DNA from: an uncultured Acidobacteriota bacterium
GTDB taxonomy: Bacteria > Acidobacteriota > UBA6911
Direction: 5' to 3'
NCBI GenBank assembly: GCA_964474425.1
Contig: CAYYTC010000001.1
Coordinates: 26,481 to 90,480 of the forward strand
Length of the DNA stretch: 64,000 bases
Shown: piece after piece, positions 50,301-59,413 of the stretch
Numbering within the stretch: the stretch's first letter is position 1
Layout: the number at the start of each line of letters is the position of its first letter
The notes under the pieces: generated by a model
Seen by the model: only the letters and a program-made list of their open reading frames with translations
Databases searched by the model: none
What the model was told of the DNA's origin: nothing
Made by a program: the position numbers and the translations under genes

Positions 50301-51503
50301 ATGAAAGAAATCATGGAGCAGCATTTCCGCGAGCTGGATGAAGCCGCCAGGACCCAAAGCAGCAAGATCGCCTGGTGCACCAGCGTCGGGCCCGCCGAAC
50401 TGTTGCGCGCAGCGGGATTCCTGGTTTTCTTTCCGGAAAATCACGGCGCCATGCTCGGATCGACCCGCATGGCTACGGATCTTATTCCTTTAGCCAATGC
50501 CCTGGGCTACTCTCCCGACATCTGTTCGTATCTGACCAGCGATATCGGGTCCTACATCAAGGGCGAAAGCCCCATAAGCAAGGCGTACCCCGGCATCAGC
50601 GGCCCGCCCCGGCCCGACGTGCTGGTTTACAACACCAACCAGTGCCGCGATGTGCAGGACTGGTACAACTTCTATGCGCGGGAATTCAAGGTGCCCGTTA
50701 TCGGCGTTGAGACGCACCGCGGCGTCGGCGACATTACCAAGGCGCATGTGGATTCCATCTCAGCGCAGATCCAGGGGCTTGTGCCGAAGCTGGAGGAGAT
50801 CTCCGGCCGGAAACTCGATTACGAGGAATTCAGGCGCGTGGTCGGCCTTTCCCGTCAATGCACGGACCTGTGGAAACAGGTGCTGCAGATCGCCTCGAAC
50901 GTTCCGTCGCCCTTGACATTCTTTGACGGCACGATCCAGATGGGACCCGCGGTGGTTCTCCGCGGCGAGCAGAGGGCGGTCGATTATTACAAACTCCTTC
51001 TTGCGGAACTGCAGCAGCGGGTCAAGGACGGGGTTGCCGCCATCGACAATGAGAGGTTCCGCCTATACTGGGAAGGCATGCCGATCTGGGGCAAGCTGCG
51101 GGAACTGTCCACTCAGTTTGCGAGCCTGGATACCTGCGTTCTGGCTTCGACCTACTGCAGCAGCTGGGTTTTCCCCGCTCTGGACCCGGACGATCCCTTC
51201 GACAGCATGGCGCGCGCTTACATCGAGCTGTTCATCGTTCGCAATGAAGCGTACAAGGAGAACTATTTCGAGAGAGAGATCGATCTGTACAAGATCGACG
51301 GCATGATTTTTCACGATGCAAAAACCTGCCCCAACAATTCCAACAACCGTTACGGCCTGCCGGAACGTCTCTCCCAAAACTACAGCATGCCGATGCTCGT
51401 GCTGCACGGGGACCTGAACGACCTGCGCTGCTACTCGGAAGAACAGGCCCGCACCAACATCGAGGCGTTCATCGAGCAGCTGGCGGAGAGGAAGGGCCGT
51501 TGA
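50301..51503 (+). CDS. second BcrB/HgdB-like subunit paralogue
   Basis: The ATG at 50301 gives MKEIMEQHFRELDEAARTQSSKIAWCTS... C-terminus NIEAFIEQLAERKGR. 401 aa. Confidence 0.8.
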   Translation: MKEIMEQHFRELDEAARTQSSKIAWCTSVGPAELLRAAGFLVFFPENHGAMLGSTRMATDLIPLANALGYSPDICSYLTSDIGSYIKGESPISKAYPGISGPPRPDVLVYNTNQCRDVQDWYNFYAREFKVPVIGVETHRGVGDITKAHVDSISAQIQGLVPKLEEISGRKLDYEEFRRVVGLSRQCTDLWKQVLQIASNVPSPLTFFDGTIQMGPAVVLRGEQRAVDYYKLLLAELQQRVKDGVAAIDNERFRLYWEGMPIWGKLRELSTQFASLDTCVLASTYCSSWVFPALDPDDPFDSMARAYIELFIVRNEAYKENYFEREIDLYKIDGMIFHDAKTCPNNSNNRYGLPERLSQNYSMPMLVLHGDLNDLRCYSEEQARTNIEAFIEQLAERKGR

Positions 51504-52291
51504 TTTCCGACGCGATTTACGGCGGTGTGGATGTCGGGGCTTCGGCGACCAAGGTCGCCATCATCGACTCCCGGAAAGAGCTCCTGGCTTCCGACGTGAG
51601 GAAGACCGGGGTCAATTTTGAAACCTGCGCGCAGGAGGCCATGGATGCGGCTTTGGCCTCCTGCGGCAAAAGCCTGTCCGATCTCGCGCGCATCCTCTCG
51701 ACCGGCTACGGCCGCCACAACGTCGCTTTCGCGCAGGCAACCCGGACCGAGATCGCCTGCCACTCCCGCGCCGCACACCACTTCTTCCCGCGCAAAATTG
51801 CGGTCGTTGATGTCGGAGGCCAGGATAATAAGGTCATTCATGTGGACGCCGAAGGCAGGCGCATCAATTTCAAGATGAACCGCAAATGCGCTGCGGGAAC
51901 GGGCGCCTTCCTCGAAGAGGTTGCCCAGCGCATGGACGTGCCGATGGACCAGATTGAACCCCTGGCGCGCCAGGCCCAACACATCGTCCACATGGGAAGC
52001 TTTTGCACCGTATTTACCAAAACGGAAATTTTGGCCCATTTGCGCGCGGGCGAGAAGGTGCCTGAGATCGTGGCCGGGCTCATCGAATCGGTCGTGAAGC
52101 GGATTATAGAAATGGATCCGCTCTCGGGCGATGTCGTCATCAGCGGCGGGGTGGTGGCCCACAATCCGGTGCTCGCGGAAATGCTGTCCCAGCGTTTGGG
52201 CCGCCCGGTAAACATTTTGCCTCACGCGCAGCTGGCAGGCGCTTTTGGAGCCGCCCTGCTTGCCGCCGATGATCGGGAGAATGAACCGTAG
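51500..52291 (+). CDS. BadF/BcrA/HgdC-type ATPase (third activator paralogue)
   Basis: The TTG start overlaps the upstream stop (GTTGA) behind a GGAGAGGA ribosome-binding site. GVDVGASATKV; NRKCAAGTGAF. 263 aa. Confidence 0.8.
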   Translation: MISDAIYGGVDVGASATKVAIIDSRKELLASDVRKTGVNFETCAQEAMDAALASCGKSLSDLARILSTGYGRHNVAFAQATRTEIACHSRAAHHFFPRKIAVVDVGGQDNKVIHVDAEGRRINFKMNRKCAAGTGAFLEEVAQRMDVPMDQIEPLARQAQHIVHMGSFCTVFTKTEILAHLRAGEKVPEIVAGLIESVVKRIIEMDPLSGDVVISGGVVAHNPVLAEMLSQRLGRPVNILPHAQLAGAFGAALLAADDRENEP

Positions 52292-52300
52292 GGGCGGCCT

Positions 52301-53578
52301 TTATGCAGTAAGTTTGGGAAGCGCGCTCGAACCTTGAGGCATGAGGTAGATTTTCTTCCCTCCCCTGGCGAGGGCCATCTCCAGAGCTTCCTCCACGGTC
52401 CTGGCGGTCTTCAGCGCAGTCCGCTTCAGCAGCGAAGGATCCCCGCCGCCCACAATGATGATGTTCCACTTTTCTGCGGCGGTGCACATGTAATAGCTCA
52501 CGTATTTGGCCACCGTGAAGAGACTGCGGACCTCTTTTTCCCTCTCCGCGTTCGTGCCGCATCCCAGGAATATCGTGTTTGCGTCCGGCGGCCCGATGCC
52601 TTCCGAGCAGTCGCTCAGGATGATCATGGTGCCGCCCGGCTTCGTCGCTTCCTGCGTATGGTAGATGCCCTTGCCGGTCTGGCAGACGTCGATATCCTTC
52701 GGGTACCCGCCCTGCGACGAGATCGTGATGTCGGCAAGCTCTTGGATCGGCACGGCATAGAGATCGTCCACGATTTTTCGTCCCACGGCGTGCGCCTGCT
52801 CATAGTGCCCGCAAACGGCCTGCGCGATTTTTCCGTCGTGTCCCATGATCACGTTGAACATGAACGAAGGATTCACAATCGAGGCGACTTCGAGCATGTC
52901 CAGGTGCATCGGGTTATCCTGGATATTCCCGCTCCTGACTTCAGGACGTTGTTGTCCCCTTTCATCCATCACCATCAGGTGATTGTGCTGGATGGATTCG
53001 ATGGAGGAAATCCCGGGCAGAATCGACTTCTTCCCTCCTCCCCAGCCGACCCACGGGTGATAGGTGCAGCAGCCGGTCAGGATCAGGTGGTCGGCCTCCG
53101 CCGCAATTCTGTTGATGGTCACGGGTGTTCCGCGGCTGGTTTTGCCCAGAGGGACCAGGTTGGCCTTATCCATGCAGTCATGGTCAATGATTCCAAAACG
53201 CTCCAATAGCGCCTTACCCAGCTGCTTTTCGTGCTCCTCCGGAGTCTGACCGCGGTGGTAGCCGAGAGCGCACAGGAAGCGTATATCCTTGTCCCTGACA
53301 CCCGCTTCATTCAGTTCGTTCACGATATGCGGCAGATAGACGTGCATTCTCTGCCAGGCGCGGGTCACGTCGGATACGACAACGCAGACGGTCTGACCGG
53401 GCTTGACGATCTCCTTCAGCCTTGGAGCGCCGATCGGTCTGGCGAGCGCGGCCAGGATCGCTTCATCTTCGGTCATTGTGGAGGGGGGCACCTCCTTGAG
53501 GATCACGCCCAGCAGGTTTTCCTCCGGGACGGATACATCTACGTAGCCATGGCCGAGCTTCATTTTTATGGTCTTCAT
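52301..53578 (-). CDS. LarA-family racemase/epimerase homologue, second copy
   Basis: The ATG at 53578 has an AAGGAG ribosome-binding site. MKTIKMKLGHGYVDVSVPEEN...CALGYHRGQTPEEH...HPWVGWGGGKKSILPG. Confidence 0.8.
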   Translation of the reverse strand: MKTIKMKLGHGYVDVSVPEENLLGVILKEVPPSTMTEDEAILAALARPIGAPRLKEIVKPGQTVCVVVSDVTRAWQRMHVYLPHIVNELNEAGVRDKDIRFLCALGYHRGQTPEEHEKQLGKALLERFGIIDHDCMDKANLVPLGKTSRGTPVTINRIAAEADHLILTGCCTYHPWVGWGGGKKSILPGISSIESIQHNHLMVMDERGQQRPEVRSGNIQDNPMHLDMLEVASIVNPSFMFNVIMGHDGKIAQAVCGHYEQAHAVGRKIVDDLYAVPIQELADITISSQGGYPKDIDVCQTGKGIYHTQEATKPGGTMIILSDCSEGIGPPDANTIFLGCGTNAEREKEVRSLFTVAKYVSYYMCTAAEKWNIIIVGGGDPSLLKRTALKTARTVEEALEMALARGGKKIYLMPQGSSALPKLTA

Positions 53579-53816
53579 GCATGGGCTCCTTCTGTGACCG
53601 GCATATGGGAAGGGGGAAAATGCCACGCATGGACGCGAATGTGAGAACTTCCCGGAAGAGAACCCATGAAATCCGTGGCGGTCGCCTGCATTGCATCGGA
53701 GACCTCAGAGCCTGTCACATCTGGAATTTTACACTGAAAACAGGGAATCGGGGCCATAAAATCGGGCCTCTCCCTGCGCGGTGTGAAGCCCGTTTAATAT
53801 TTTGCAGCGGGCACCG

Positions 53817-54806
53817 TCACCGAAGCACGATGCTGCCGGACCCGGTGCGCACCTCCACCAGGTTGCCGCCGCCGCGAAACTTGCCGCTGGCCACCTTCGA
53901 GCTCAGCGCGCCGTTAAAATCCGATGCTCTTTCGAAATTTATCCGGCCCGAGGCTGTGCGGGCATTGAGATCAAAAGCCGCGTCCGGCGGCACATCGAGC
54001 GCGACGCTTCCGGATGAGGCATGGATGCTCCAATTGCCCGCGGGATTTCCGCCGGCCTTGATGCTTCCGCTTCCCGTGCTTGCGCGAAGGGATCCTGAGA
54101 TTCCGGAAATTTCGATGCTGCCCGAACCGGTGCGGGCAGCCACGTCCATGGCCGAACCCTGTTCAGCGGCCGTCAGGTCCAGCGTTATGGCGCCGCTACC
54201 GGTGCTTGCGCTGACGGATCCGGCAATCCCCATAGCCTTGATGGAACCGCTGCCGGTTCTCACCTCGAGCCTTCCGGTCAAACTGCGGGCTTCGATGCCG
54301 CCCGAGCCGGCCTGTGCGTTCACATCACCCCGGATATTGTCTATGTTGATGGATCCGGAGCCGGTAGCAAGTTCCACGCGTCCCTGCAATCCATAAATCC
54401 GCTGGCTTCCGGACCCGGCACGGCTGCTCAAGCTCGTTTCGGGAGGCGTTTCGATCTCGTATCTGATTGAGACATTGTTCCTGTAGTCGTCCTCCTCGAT
54501 CCGGCCGACGCGGATCACATTGCCGTTCTGTTCGATCGGCGGCTGCGATTCCAGGTACTTGATCTTCTCTTCCGCGGTCGCGTGCCGGTCATCCCGGGCT
54601 TTGATTATGCCCCGAATCCTGAGGAAGCCGAAATTTCCGGCCTTTACATCAACACTCCCGGATCCGGTTATGACATCCAGGGTGACCGGGCCGGCCACAG
54701 TCAGAGTGCGCTCAAATGTTCCTTCCACGGCCGGGAATGCCGCCAGGCATCCCGTAAGGCTGGTCAAAGCTATAATTGTTGAGATGCGCAACAGGTAGTG
54801 TCTCAT
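53817..54806 (-). CDS. lipoprotein with a DUF4097 beta-repeat domain
   Basis: Lipobox LTSLTGC. Repeated TGSGSI(D/E)(V/I) strands. 329 aa. Confidence 0.65.
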   Translation of the reverse strand: MRHYLLRISTIIALTSLTGCLAAFPAVEGTFERTLTVAGPVTLDVITGSGSVDVKAGNFGFLRIRGIIKARDDRHATAEEKIKYLESQPPIEQNGNVIRVGRIEEDDYRNNVSIRYEIETPPETSLSSRAGSGSQRIYGLQGRVELATGSGSINIDNIRGDVNAQAGSGGIEARSLTGRLEVRTGSGSIKAMGIAGSVSASTGSGAITLDLTAAEQGSAMDVAARTGSGSIEISGISGSLRASTGSGSIKAGGNPAGNWSIHASSGSVALDVPPDAAFDLNARTASGRINFERASDFNGALSSKVASGKFRGGGNLVEVRTGSGSIVLR

Positions 54807-55022
54807 GGCGAATAGCCTCCCTGCCCGTTAAAACGAAATAGCCGGCCCGGATGTTCCATCCCGTTTTGCAATTGTTTCAGGATCGGCCCGGCCGGCCACC
54901 GTTAGCGTGGCGGTCCGGCGGATCCCTGTGATATATTGGCCATCGGGTTGCCGGGGGCCAGGTTCCATACAGGCATCCCCAGTTGAAAGATTTTTGGAAA
55001 TTAATTCATCGGGAGGAATGCA

Positions 55023-56234
55023 ATGTCAGAAGGACCGCTCTCAGGGATCAGGGTCATAGAGATTTCCACATTTCAGCAGGGACCGGTGGCCGGCATGAGG
55101 CTGGGGGACCTGGGGGCCGACGTGATCAAGATCGAAACGAAGGACGGGGATCCCGCAAGGCGCCACTTCCGGACGATCGAGGCCGAATTCAACGTCAAGG
55201 GTTATAACTATTACTTCGAACATGCCAACCGCAACAAGCGGGGCATCGTCCTGGACATGAAAAAGAAGGAGGGCATGGATGTCTTCCTCAAGCTCATCGA
55301 TACGGCGGACGTTTTCCTGAACAACATGAGCATTGCGGCCCCAATCCGTCTCGGGATCGGTCCTGAGGCGCTTCTTGCACGCAATCCGCGGCTCATCTAC
55401 GCGCAGGCATCCGGCTGGGGACGCAAAGGTCCGTCCGCCAACAGCCTTTCCTTCGACTACACCGGCATCGCGCGGTCCGGCCTGATGATGGCGGCCGGAG
55501 AAGACCAGACGCCGCCCTGCATGATGCTTCCCGGCCTCGGCGACGAGATGGGCGGGCTCGTAAGCGCCTGGGGCGTAAGCCTGGCGCTCTTCGCGCGCGA
55601 GCGGACGGGCAAAGGCCAGGTGGTCGACACCTCGCTGATGGGCAGCGTCGTCGCCCTGATCGGGCACCTCATGTCCGGCACGGCAATGCTGAAGCAGGAA
55701 TTTCACAGATTTGTGAGAACAAAAATGGGAAATCCCATGTACAACCACTATCGCTGCAAAGACGACAAGTGGATTGCCATCGCCCACCTGGACCCCGACC
55801 GGTGGTGGGCAAAGGTTTGCGGCGCCCTGGGAGTCGAGAATTTGATTAATGACCCGAGATTCAGCACTTTTGCCGCCCGTTCCGCCAACCGCGAAGAACT
55901 GATTGCCATTTTTGACGGGCTTTTTGCCAGCAAGACCCGGGACGAATGGATGAAGATCCTGGAAGAACACGGCTGCATCTATACTCCGGTTCAAAACATC
56001 CCCGACGTTGTGGAGGACCCGCAGGTGCTGGCGAACAATTACATGATCAACATCGATCACCCTGTTCACGGGCCCACAAAAACCATGGGTTTCCCCTGGG
56101 ACCTCAGCGAAACGCCGGCGTCCTGGAGAAGGAAAGCGCCGAATCTGGGCGAGCACACGGAAGAGGTGCTGCTCGAAATCGGCTACAGCAGGGAGGGAAT
56201 CGCAAAGCTCAGAGAAGCCGGGGCAATCCAGTAG
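55023..56234 (+). CDS. family III CoA-transferase, second copy
   Basis: MSEGPLSGIRVIEISTFQQGPVAGMRLGDLGADVIKIETKDGDP is paralogous to 42884..44095. Confidence 0.85.
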   Translation: MSEGPLSGIRVIEISTFQQGPVAGMRLGDLGADVIKIETKDGDPARRHFRTIEAEFNVKGYNYYFEHANRNKRGIVLDMKKKEGMDVFLKLIDTADVFLNNMSIAAPIRLGIGPEALLARNPRLIYAQASGWGRKGPSANSLSFDYTGIARSGLMMAAGEDQTPPCMMLPGLGDEMGGLVSAWGVSLALFARERTGKGQVVDTSLMGSVVALIGHLMSGTAMLKQEFHRFVRTKMGNPMYNHYRCKDDKWIAIAHLDPDRWWAKVCGALGVENLINDPRFSTFAARSANREELIAIFDGLFASKTRDEWMKILEEHGCIYTPVQNIPDVVEDPQVLANNYMINIDHPVHGPTKTMGFPWDLSETPASWRRKAPNLGEHTEEVLLEIGYSREGIAKLREAGAIQ

Positions 56235-56300
56235 ATCGGGCTGCCCGTTCGCGAGCCGCTATTTCCACAGAACACCCACTTTTCCTTTTAAGGAGCTATT

Positions 56301-58352
56301 ATGCTTGATTCACTGTTCCGGCCCCGCGGCGTCGCCGTCATAGGGGCTTCCAACAATACTTTTTCGATCGGAAACCGCGTCGTTAAGAACCTGCTGGACC
56401 ACGGCTTCAAGGGCCCGATTTTTCCGGTTCATCCGAAGGAGCCCGAAATCCTTGGCCTGAAGGCATACCCGAGCATCCTGGATGTGCCCGGACCGGTGGA
56501 TATCGCGAGCATAGTGGTCAAGAACACCATGGTTCCTCAGGTGGTCGAGGATTGCGGCAAAATGGGCGTCAAGTTCGTCATCATCCACACTGCCGGGTTC
56601 CGCGAGATGGGAGAGGAAGGCGCAAAACTCGAAGATGCCCTGCTCGACGCGGCCCGCCGATACGGCGTGCGTGTTTATGGCCCGAATTCCCAGGGAGTCA
56701 TGAATTCGGATCCGGAAATTTCCGTCTACGCCAACTTCACCTTTACGCCGATGCGTCCCGGCAAGGCCTCGATCCTGGCCCAGAGCGGCGGCGTGGCGGA
56801 GATGCTCAACCTGAACCTGCGCAGGATGGGCTCGGGTTTCCGCATCTATGCATCGCACGGCAATGCCACCGATGTGAATACCAACGAACTGCTGGACTAT
56901 CTCGGCAATGATCCGGAGACGCGGACCATCATCATGCATATCGAGAGCATGAAAGATACCCCGGGATTCATCGAGCGCTGCAGGCGCATTGCCCGCGAGA
57001 AATCCATACTGGCGATCCGGACCGGGCGCACCGCCGCCGCCGCCAAAGCGGTCAGCTCCCATACGGGATCGCTCATGCAGAAGGATTCCCTCACGGACAC
57101 GATATTCGAGCACGCCGGCGTGATGCGGTTCAACACGACGGAAGAGATGATTTCCGCGGCATACGCGTTCGCCACCCAGCCGGTGCCCGCCGGTCCGAAC
57201 GTTGGCATCATCGCGAACGCCGGCGGTCCCGGCATCATGGCCGTGGATGAGTGCGTAGGCCGCGGGCTCTCGCTGGCCAGGTTTACCGAGGAAACGAAGA
57301 GCAGGCTGCGCGCCGGGCTGATTGCGGAATCCTACGTGGAAAACCCCGTCGATGTGGCTGCAACGGCCAACGCCGACCATTTCGCCTTGGCTCTGTCCTG
57401 CCTGAACGATGACCCGGGCGTCGACTCCATACTCATTCCTATGGTTACTCCGTTTTTCGTGGATTGCGAAGCCATTGCCCGCAGCATCGCCGAGACGGCG
57501 CGCAAAGCGACCAAGCCCATCATCGCCGTCGTCATGACCAACGAGAATTGGGCAAAAACAGTCGAGACCATCAAGAGCGCGGGAATCCCGGTCTTCGACT
57601 TCCCGGAGACAGGCGCGCGCGTCCTGGCTGCCATGGTGCGTTACGGTGAGATCCGGAAACGCCTTGCCGAACAGCCTGCTATAGTTTCGGGAAACAAGAC
57701 CGAGGCGCAGGAGATACTGGCCGGACAGCCTTCCGGATTCGTTTCGCAAACTGCTGCCTTCAAAGTGCTGGATGCCTATAAGATTCCCAGCGCCCGCACG
57801 GTTCCGCTGACCGGGACGCAGCTGCCCCCCGGGTTAAAATTCCCCGTGGCTGTGAAAGTCGACAGCGCCGAGGTCGTTCACAAGAGCGATGCGGGGGGAG
57901 TTGCTCTGAACATCGCCCGCAAGGCAACGCTTCAGAAGGCAGTCGAAGAAATGTCCGGCCGGTTTCCGGGCGCGAATCTGGTCGTGCAGGAGCAATGTCC
58001 GCAGGGAATGGAATTCATCATAGGCCTCAGACGCGAACCGGGCGTCGGCCCGGTTGTCATGTTCGGAATGGGCGGCGTTCATGTGGAATCGCTCAAGGAT
58101 GTCTCGTTCCGGATGGCGCCGCTCTCCGAGGCAGGCGCCGCGCGCATGGTCCGGGAAATCCGGTCGCTCCCGCTGCTCAAGGGCGGGCGGGGACTCCCTG
58201 CCGCCGATCTGGCTGCTGTGGAGCGCCTGTTGATCACTGTATCTCAGATAGCCGTCGATCTGCCCGAAATCACGGAAATGGACCTGAATCCCGTTATCGT
58301 TTATCCGGAGGGACAGGGAGCCAAAGTAGCAGACGTCCGCATCAAAAAGTAA
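56301..58352 (+). CDS. ADP-forming acyl-CoA synthetase (NDP-forming acetate/acyl--CoA ligase, fused alpha-beta)
   Basis: 683 aa. N-terminal CoA-binding domain (VAVIGASNN...), succinyl-CoA-synthetase-like His region, C-terminal ATP-grasp. Confidence 0.85.
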   Translation: MLDSLFRPRGVAVIGASNNTFSIGNRVVKNLLDHGFKGPIFPVHPKEPEILGLKAYPSILDVPGPVDIASIVVKNTMVPQVVEDCGKMGVKFVIIHTAGFREMGEEGAKLEDALLDAARRYGVRVYGPNSQGVMNSDPEISVYANFTFTPMRPGKASILAQSGGVAEMLNLNLRRMGSGFRIYASHGNATDVNTNELLDYLGNDPETRTIIMHIESMKDTPGFIERCRRIAREKSILAIRTGRTAAAAKAVSSHTGSLMQKDSLTDTIFEHAGVMRFNTTEEMISAAYAFATQPVPAGPNVGIIANAGGPGIMAVDECVGRGLSLARFTEETKSRLRAGLIAESYVENPVDVAATANADHFALALSCLNDDPGVDSILIPMVTPFFVDCEAIARSIAETARKATKPIIAVVMTNENWAKTVETIKSAGIPVFDFPETGARVLAAMVRYGEIRKRLAEQPAIVSGNKTEAQEILAGQPSGFVSQTAAFKVLDAYKIPSARTVPLTGTQLPPGLKFPVAVKVDSAEVVHKSDAGGVALNIARKATLQKAVEEMSGRFPGANLVVQEQCPQGMEFIIGLRREPGVGPVVMFGMGGVHVESLKDVSFRMAPLSEAGAARMVREIRSLPLLKGGRGLPAADLAAVERLLITVSQIAVDLPEITEMDLNPVIVYPEGQGAKVADVRIKK

Positions 58353-58354
58353 AA

Positions 58355-58448
58355 AAGATGGGGACAGTCACCTGTGTCCCCATTCCTACAAAAAGCAGGG
58401 ACGATTTACCAATCGTGGAATGGGGACACAGGTGACTGTCCCCATCTT
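58355..58448. repeat. perfect 32-bp inverted repeat separated by 30 bp, directly after the acyl-CoA synthetase stop
   Basis: 58355-58386 aagatggggacagtcacctgtgtccccattcc is the exact reverse complement of 58417-58448. Each copy is also an internal GGGGACA(N8)TGTCCCC hairpin. Confidence 0.7.
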
Positions 58449-58628
58449 TGTCCCCATCTTTCAACTTATTCCCTTCAATTCTCTTATTGAACGCCTGGGA
58501 TTGAACGCGGTTCGGGCGATGGGGGACAAGCTGTCAAGCGAGATATAGCAGGAAGAGCTGCTGGCGATATTTGGACACCCGCAACACCGCATCAATTCCC
58601 CGTGGCATAAGGATATAGATTTCGCTGA

Positions 58629-58943
58629 ATGAAACCGCAAAACCCCCGGTCGGCCAGGAGGATTTCCACACGAACCATTACCCGACGCAGTCCCGAGGAC
58701 AAGAGGAAGAAGAAAACCTACGGGCCCCATTATCAATGGACTTATAGGATTCAAGGGAAAGCAGTCACCGTGAATCTGACAAAGAACCAGGCCGTGGAGT
58801 TAAAAAAGGCAATCGATAACAATCGAAGACTCGAGTCTATCCTCAGCGATAATTATTTGGAGGGTGGAACAATCGGCGGCGAAGCTTGCGGTACACTTCC
58901 AGTCTCCAGCAATTTTCCACACACAGCTTTTAATCCGAGTTAG
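58629..58943 (+). pseudogene. short ORF resembling the arm-type DNA-binding N-terminal domain of a tyrosine integrase (truncated)
   Basis: TYGPHYQWTYRIQGKAVTVNLTKNQAVELKKAIDNNRRL follows the W-x-Y/R-x3-GK-x3-L-x6-A-x2-A pattern of lambda/P4 Int arm-binding domains. Only 104 aa, with no catalytic domain. Confidence 0.3.
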
Positions 58944-59413
58944 TGATTTGAGAGTATGTGGAGCAAGCGGCTGCCGAACTGCGGAACCAGGGCGAGCATG
59001 CCGAAGTGTAGCAATCGCCCGAACGTTCCCACCGCGATGAACCGACTGAAGCGCAAGCGGAATGCTCCCGAGAGAATTGTAATGACATAAAAGGGAGGGA
59101 TGCCGAAAACGGCGCTGACAAATACGAGGCTCAAAGATTTTTTTGGGGATTGCTCAAAGCGCGCCCGCCAGAGGGTCAATGCCTTGCCGATGCGTCCTTC
59201 TCTGATCGGGACAGCTCCACGGCCCACCCAATACAGAATGCACTTTCCAATCATCTGCCCTGCGCTTGCCAGGATAACGAATCCCGCGAGGTAAATAGGA
59301 GAAGGTGCAAACGCAGAATGCGTCAGAAGCAATAACTCTCCGTTTACCCATGGGCACAGCGCACTCACAATGGATGATAAAAAACACGTGACCAGTAATG
59401 CCGGCCCACTCAT
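58940..59413 (-). CDS. YqaA/DedA-superfamily small membrane protein
   Basis: 157 aa, collinear with E. coli YqaA (…SALCPWVNGELLLL…; …VFVSAVFGIPPFYVITILSGAFRL…). Confidence 0.6.
   Translation of the reverse strand: MSGPALLVTCFLSSIVSALCPWVNGELLLLTHSAFAPSPIYLAGFVILASAGQMIGKCILYWVGRGAVPIREGRIGKALTLWRARFEQSPKKSLSLVFVSAVFGIPPFYVITILSGAFRLRFSRFIAVGTFGRLLHFGMLALVPQFGSRLLHILSNH

Noticed and set aside
53581-54396. 271-aa plus-strand ORF
   Set aside because: Opposite strand of the DUF4097 lipoprotein gene, Pro/Ala/Ser-rich, with no ribosome-binding site.
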